Source: Bacteroidia bacterium
Lineage (GTDB): Bacteria > Bacteroidota > Bacteroidia > Flavobacteriales_D > JAUILH01
Length of the DNA: 64,000 bases
Assembly (NCBI GenBank): GCA_030433115.1
Contig: JAUILH010000006.1
Span: 1,691 to 65,690, forward strand
Direction: 5' to 3'
Below the pieces are notes generated by a model, which saw only the letters and a program-made list of their open reading frames with translations, had not been told where the DNA came from and did no database searches. A program made the translations under genes and the position numbers. Each line of letters opens with the position of its first letter. Positions within the stretch are counted from its first letter, which is position 1. This document shows positions 61,742 through 64,000 of the stretch, piece by piece.

Positions 61742-63004
61742 GTGATAGCCCGACCCCAAATGAGACAAACTAGCGGAACATATGATTTTTATGGGGTGGC
61801 AGCCAAAGAAAGAGCCCTAAGCCAAAGTGAAGTGAAAAGTATGTTTGAACATAGTAGTTGTAATTTTGAGGGGGGACCAGCAGGTTGCAGCTATGTATAT
61901 ACCGGGTATGATGAGGTAATTACAGAGACAGTTACTAACCATTTAGATGTATCAGGGGTAGATGACCACGTGAGAGCTGGTACAGGTAATAGAAATGTAA
62001 GTGATGAAGTAACAGTAGAGGCCTGGGTGAGGACGGAAGACTTAAATACAACAACAGGTACCTTTGTGGCCAAATACCAATATGTTGGCGGCCCCGCCAT
62101 AGCCAAGGGTTACTACTTGTATATGAAGAACGGAAAAGTGGGTCTTGGAGGAAGAAACACCAGTGATGGCGTTGGTAAAGTTACGGGTACTTCCGATACG
62201 ATTTCAGATGGTAATTGGCACCATGTAGTGGGTGTTATAGATACCAATGATACCTGGCGCTTATATGTAGATGGTTCATTGGTGTCACAGGTAGACTACA
62301 ACGGGGTCAATTTGGATTTGACCAACAGCGATCATTTGAGAATAGGTGATGGTCATTTTAGCAACGATGATTTTGAAGGAGAGATCAAGGAGGTGTCTAT
62401 CTGGAATCGGGCCAAAAGTGCATTGGAGGTTTTGAATGATTATGCTTCAGGTAGCTTTACAGGAACAGAAGCTAATTTGATGGGTTACTTCCCGTTGGAT
62501 GAGGGGACAGGTAGTACAGCCTATGATTTGTCTGTAGCGGGTGCAGATGGTACGTTCTATAACAGTCCAACCTGGACAACGGATACATTGGTTGACACGA
62601 CTTATGTTCCTAATGACTCGGTGAAGGTGAGTGGGGCTGTGAGTTATAGATATGGATTCCAGGGGCAAGAGCGTGATAACGAGATAAAGGGAGACGGAAA
62701 CAGTTATAATTATAAGTATAGGATGCATGATCCAAGGTTGGGGAGGTTTTTTGCGGTGGATCCGTTGTATAAGGACTATCCGGAATTAACACCTTATCAG
62801 TTTGCTGCCAATCAAGTAATACATGCTGTTGAACTTGAGGGACTGGAAAACTCAAATTATATCTCTCCGTTTGGAGAGCCTACTATGTGGGATGGGTATC
62901 AGGAACCAATAAACCCCACAACACTTATTAATCCTAGTACAATTGATTTTTGGAGTGATACATGGGTGGGGAGGTTTATGGTGTCAGCGGTAAAACATCA
63001 GTAA
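61742..63004 (+). pseudogene. Orphan RHS C-terminal cassette: tail of one LamG, a full LamG domain, RHS core motif and the start of an alternative toxin tip; no credible start
   Basis: Homology to the giant gene begins inside a LamG domain. The cassette contains YRYGFQGQERDNE..YKYRMHDPRLGRFFAVDPLYKDYPELTPYQFAANQVIHAVELEG. It has only a GTG start, no signal peptide and no N-terminal RHS body. Confidence 0.8.
61811..62770 (+). repeat. Dispersed repeat, copy B (orphan cassette)
   Basis: See copy A. At the protein level, RALSQSEVKSMF(D/E)HSSCNFEGGPAGCSYVYTGYDEVITETVTNHLDVSGVDDHVRAG is nearly identical in both. Confidence 0.85.
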
Positions 63005-63621
63005 GGACTGTAAACAAATTAGCTACACCTAGTGGTCAAGCAGAATTGACTATTGAAACTGGTCAAGGAGTTATAACCACAGTTGAAGTGATGTATACCT
63101 ACTATGACATGATGTTTAATGAGGGTAGGAACACTACATATGATGATATCAAACAAGGCAGTGTTTGGCTTAATTCATTTGATTTGACCAATCCTGAAAC
63201 AGCAGGAAGTTTTGCAGCTAACTTTTTTATGTTTGGAGGAGGAAATTGGCTCAGGGGATTGACTATTAAGCCAAAACTTCCACCTAAAGGTGGTGTCCTG
63301 AAATATGAGCCACCTGTGACAAATGAAATTTATAAAAGACCTAACAATGCAACAACACCTACCCAAAGAGCTTCAGTACAGAATCAGCCTTGTGTAGATT
63401 GTGGTGCAACAGGGCAAAAGAATGTTGCGGATCACAAAACTCCACTGGTAAAGGAACATTATGAAACAGGAACAATAGATTTAGAACGCATGAAATCTGT
63501 TGATGCTGTTCAGCCCCAGTGTCCATCATGTTCAGCGAAACAAGGTGCTTCAATGAGTAGTTATTCAAAAGCAATGAAAAGTGTTATTGAAAAAAGGACA
63601 AATTCAGGAGGAGAACAGTAA
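62962..63621 (+). CDS. Continuation of the orphan toxin tip in the -1 frame; C-terminal HNH/EndoVII-like nuclease suspected
   Basis: This frame opens right after a TGA at 62956 and overlaps the previous ORF by 43 nt. The C-terminus CVDCGATGQKNVADHKTPLVKEHY...QCPSCSAKQG has a Cys4 + DH pattern like small HNH/EndoVII toxin domains. Confidence 0.5.
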   Translation: MGGEVYGVSGKTSVRTVNKLATPSGQAELTIETGQGVITTVEVMYTYYDMMFNEGRNTTYDDIKQGSVWLNSFDLTNPETAGSFAANFFMFGGGNWLRGLTIKPKLPPKGGVLKYEPPVTNEIYKRPNNATTPTQRASVQNQPCVDCGATGQKNVADHKTPLVKEHYETGTIDLERMKSVDAVQPQCPSCSAKQGASMSSYSKAMKSVIEKRTNSGGEQ

Positions 63622-63640
63622 TTATAATTAACTTAGTAAG

Positions 63641-63985
63641 ATGCCAAATCAATCAGTTGAACAGTTAGAAATTTGTCAAAAGTATGGGTCAAGATTTGAT
63701 CTACCCCCAAGTCATTATAAGTTAGGGGTGTCAAGAAATGTTCAATTAGACATTTACCCAATTCATGGACTCAGGCATCCTGTAGATGGAGACACTTCAG
63801 GATGGTATATTTGGTCTGGTGAATATTCCGAAGAGGCAGACTTCTTTTTGCCATTGCACATACATCATATTAATGAATGGAATCCATTGATCGAGAAATA
63901 TCTGGCACTTGAACCTGGCTGGAGGTTCCTAATAGCCCATGGACATGAGGATGTCTGGTTTGATGAAAAGCTTCTGAATATATAG
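63641..63985 (+). CDS. Putative immunity protein for the orphan toxin
   Basis: It lies 19 nt downstream of the toxin tip. 114 aa, cytoplasmic, with a GWYIWSGEYSEEADFF..LHIHHI motif reminiscent of polymorphic-toxin immunity families. The exact family is uncertain. Confidence 0.5.
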   Translation: MPNQSVEQLEICQKYGSRFDLPPSHYKLGVSRNVQLDIYPIHGLRHPVDGDTSGWYIWSGEYSEEADFFLPLHIHHINEWNPLIEKYLALEPGWRFLIAHGHEDVWFDEKLLNI

Positions 63986-64000
63986 GATAACCAAACTAAC

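Overview
This is a Bacteroidota-type chromosomal segment, judged from T9SS C-terminal sorting domains, many lipoproteins, an ECF sigma/anti-sigma pair and DUF families typical of the phylum. All family assignments come from motifs read in the supplied translations; no database search was possible.

Positions 1-31.7 kb hold mainly housekeeping and envelope genes:
- a cytochrome P450 fragment, a TlpA-like thioredoxin lipoprotein and an ECF sigma/anti-sigma pair;
- a 1303-aa propeller-PAS-PP2C sensor phosphatase;
- a polyprenyl-phospho-pentose (DPA-like) cluster: HAD phosphatase, fused DprE1-DprE2, UbiA prenyltransferase and a GT-C transferase;
- tRNA-Cys, folB, gltX, a T9SS cargo protein and a DUF4175-like coiled-coil giant;
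- an RsbW-like ATPase, ybeY, mnmG, a methyltransferase, truA, assorted DUF proteins and an HxlR regulator.

Positions 31.8-64 kb are entirely plus-strand and are the interesting part:
- A PAS-PAS histidine kinase interrupted by an in-frame TAG, followed by a REC-LytTR regulator.
- A perfect 11-bp direct repeat with 21-bp periodicity, sitting between the regulator gene and the next gene.
- A tightly packed ~26-kb operon (34493-60843). It encodes an outer-membrane-barrel-like protein, secreted proteins and lipoproteins, and a 1900-aa SpvB/TcB-like protein. It also encodes a 4905-aa Sec-signal RHS/YD protein with unusual insertions, a C-terminal toxin and an overlapping lipoprotein immunity gene.
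- Downstream: a truncated RAYT/IS200-like transposase, a 162-bp tandem repeat, and an orphan LamG-RHS-core-toxin cassette (frameshifted) with its own immunity gene.

No T6SS, TcA-like or T9SS delivery signature is visible for the toxin, so the accessory genes are the best candidate here for an undescribed delivery system. Four independent reading-frame disruptions occur in the window.
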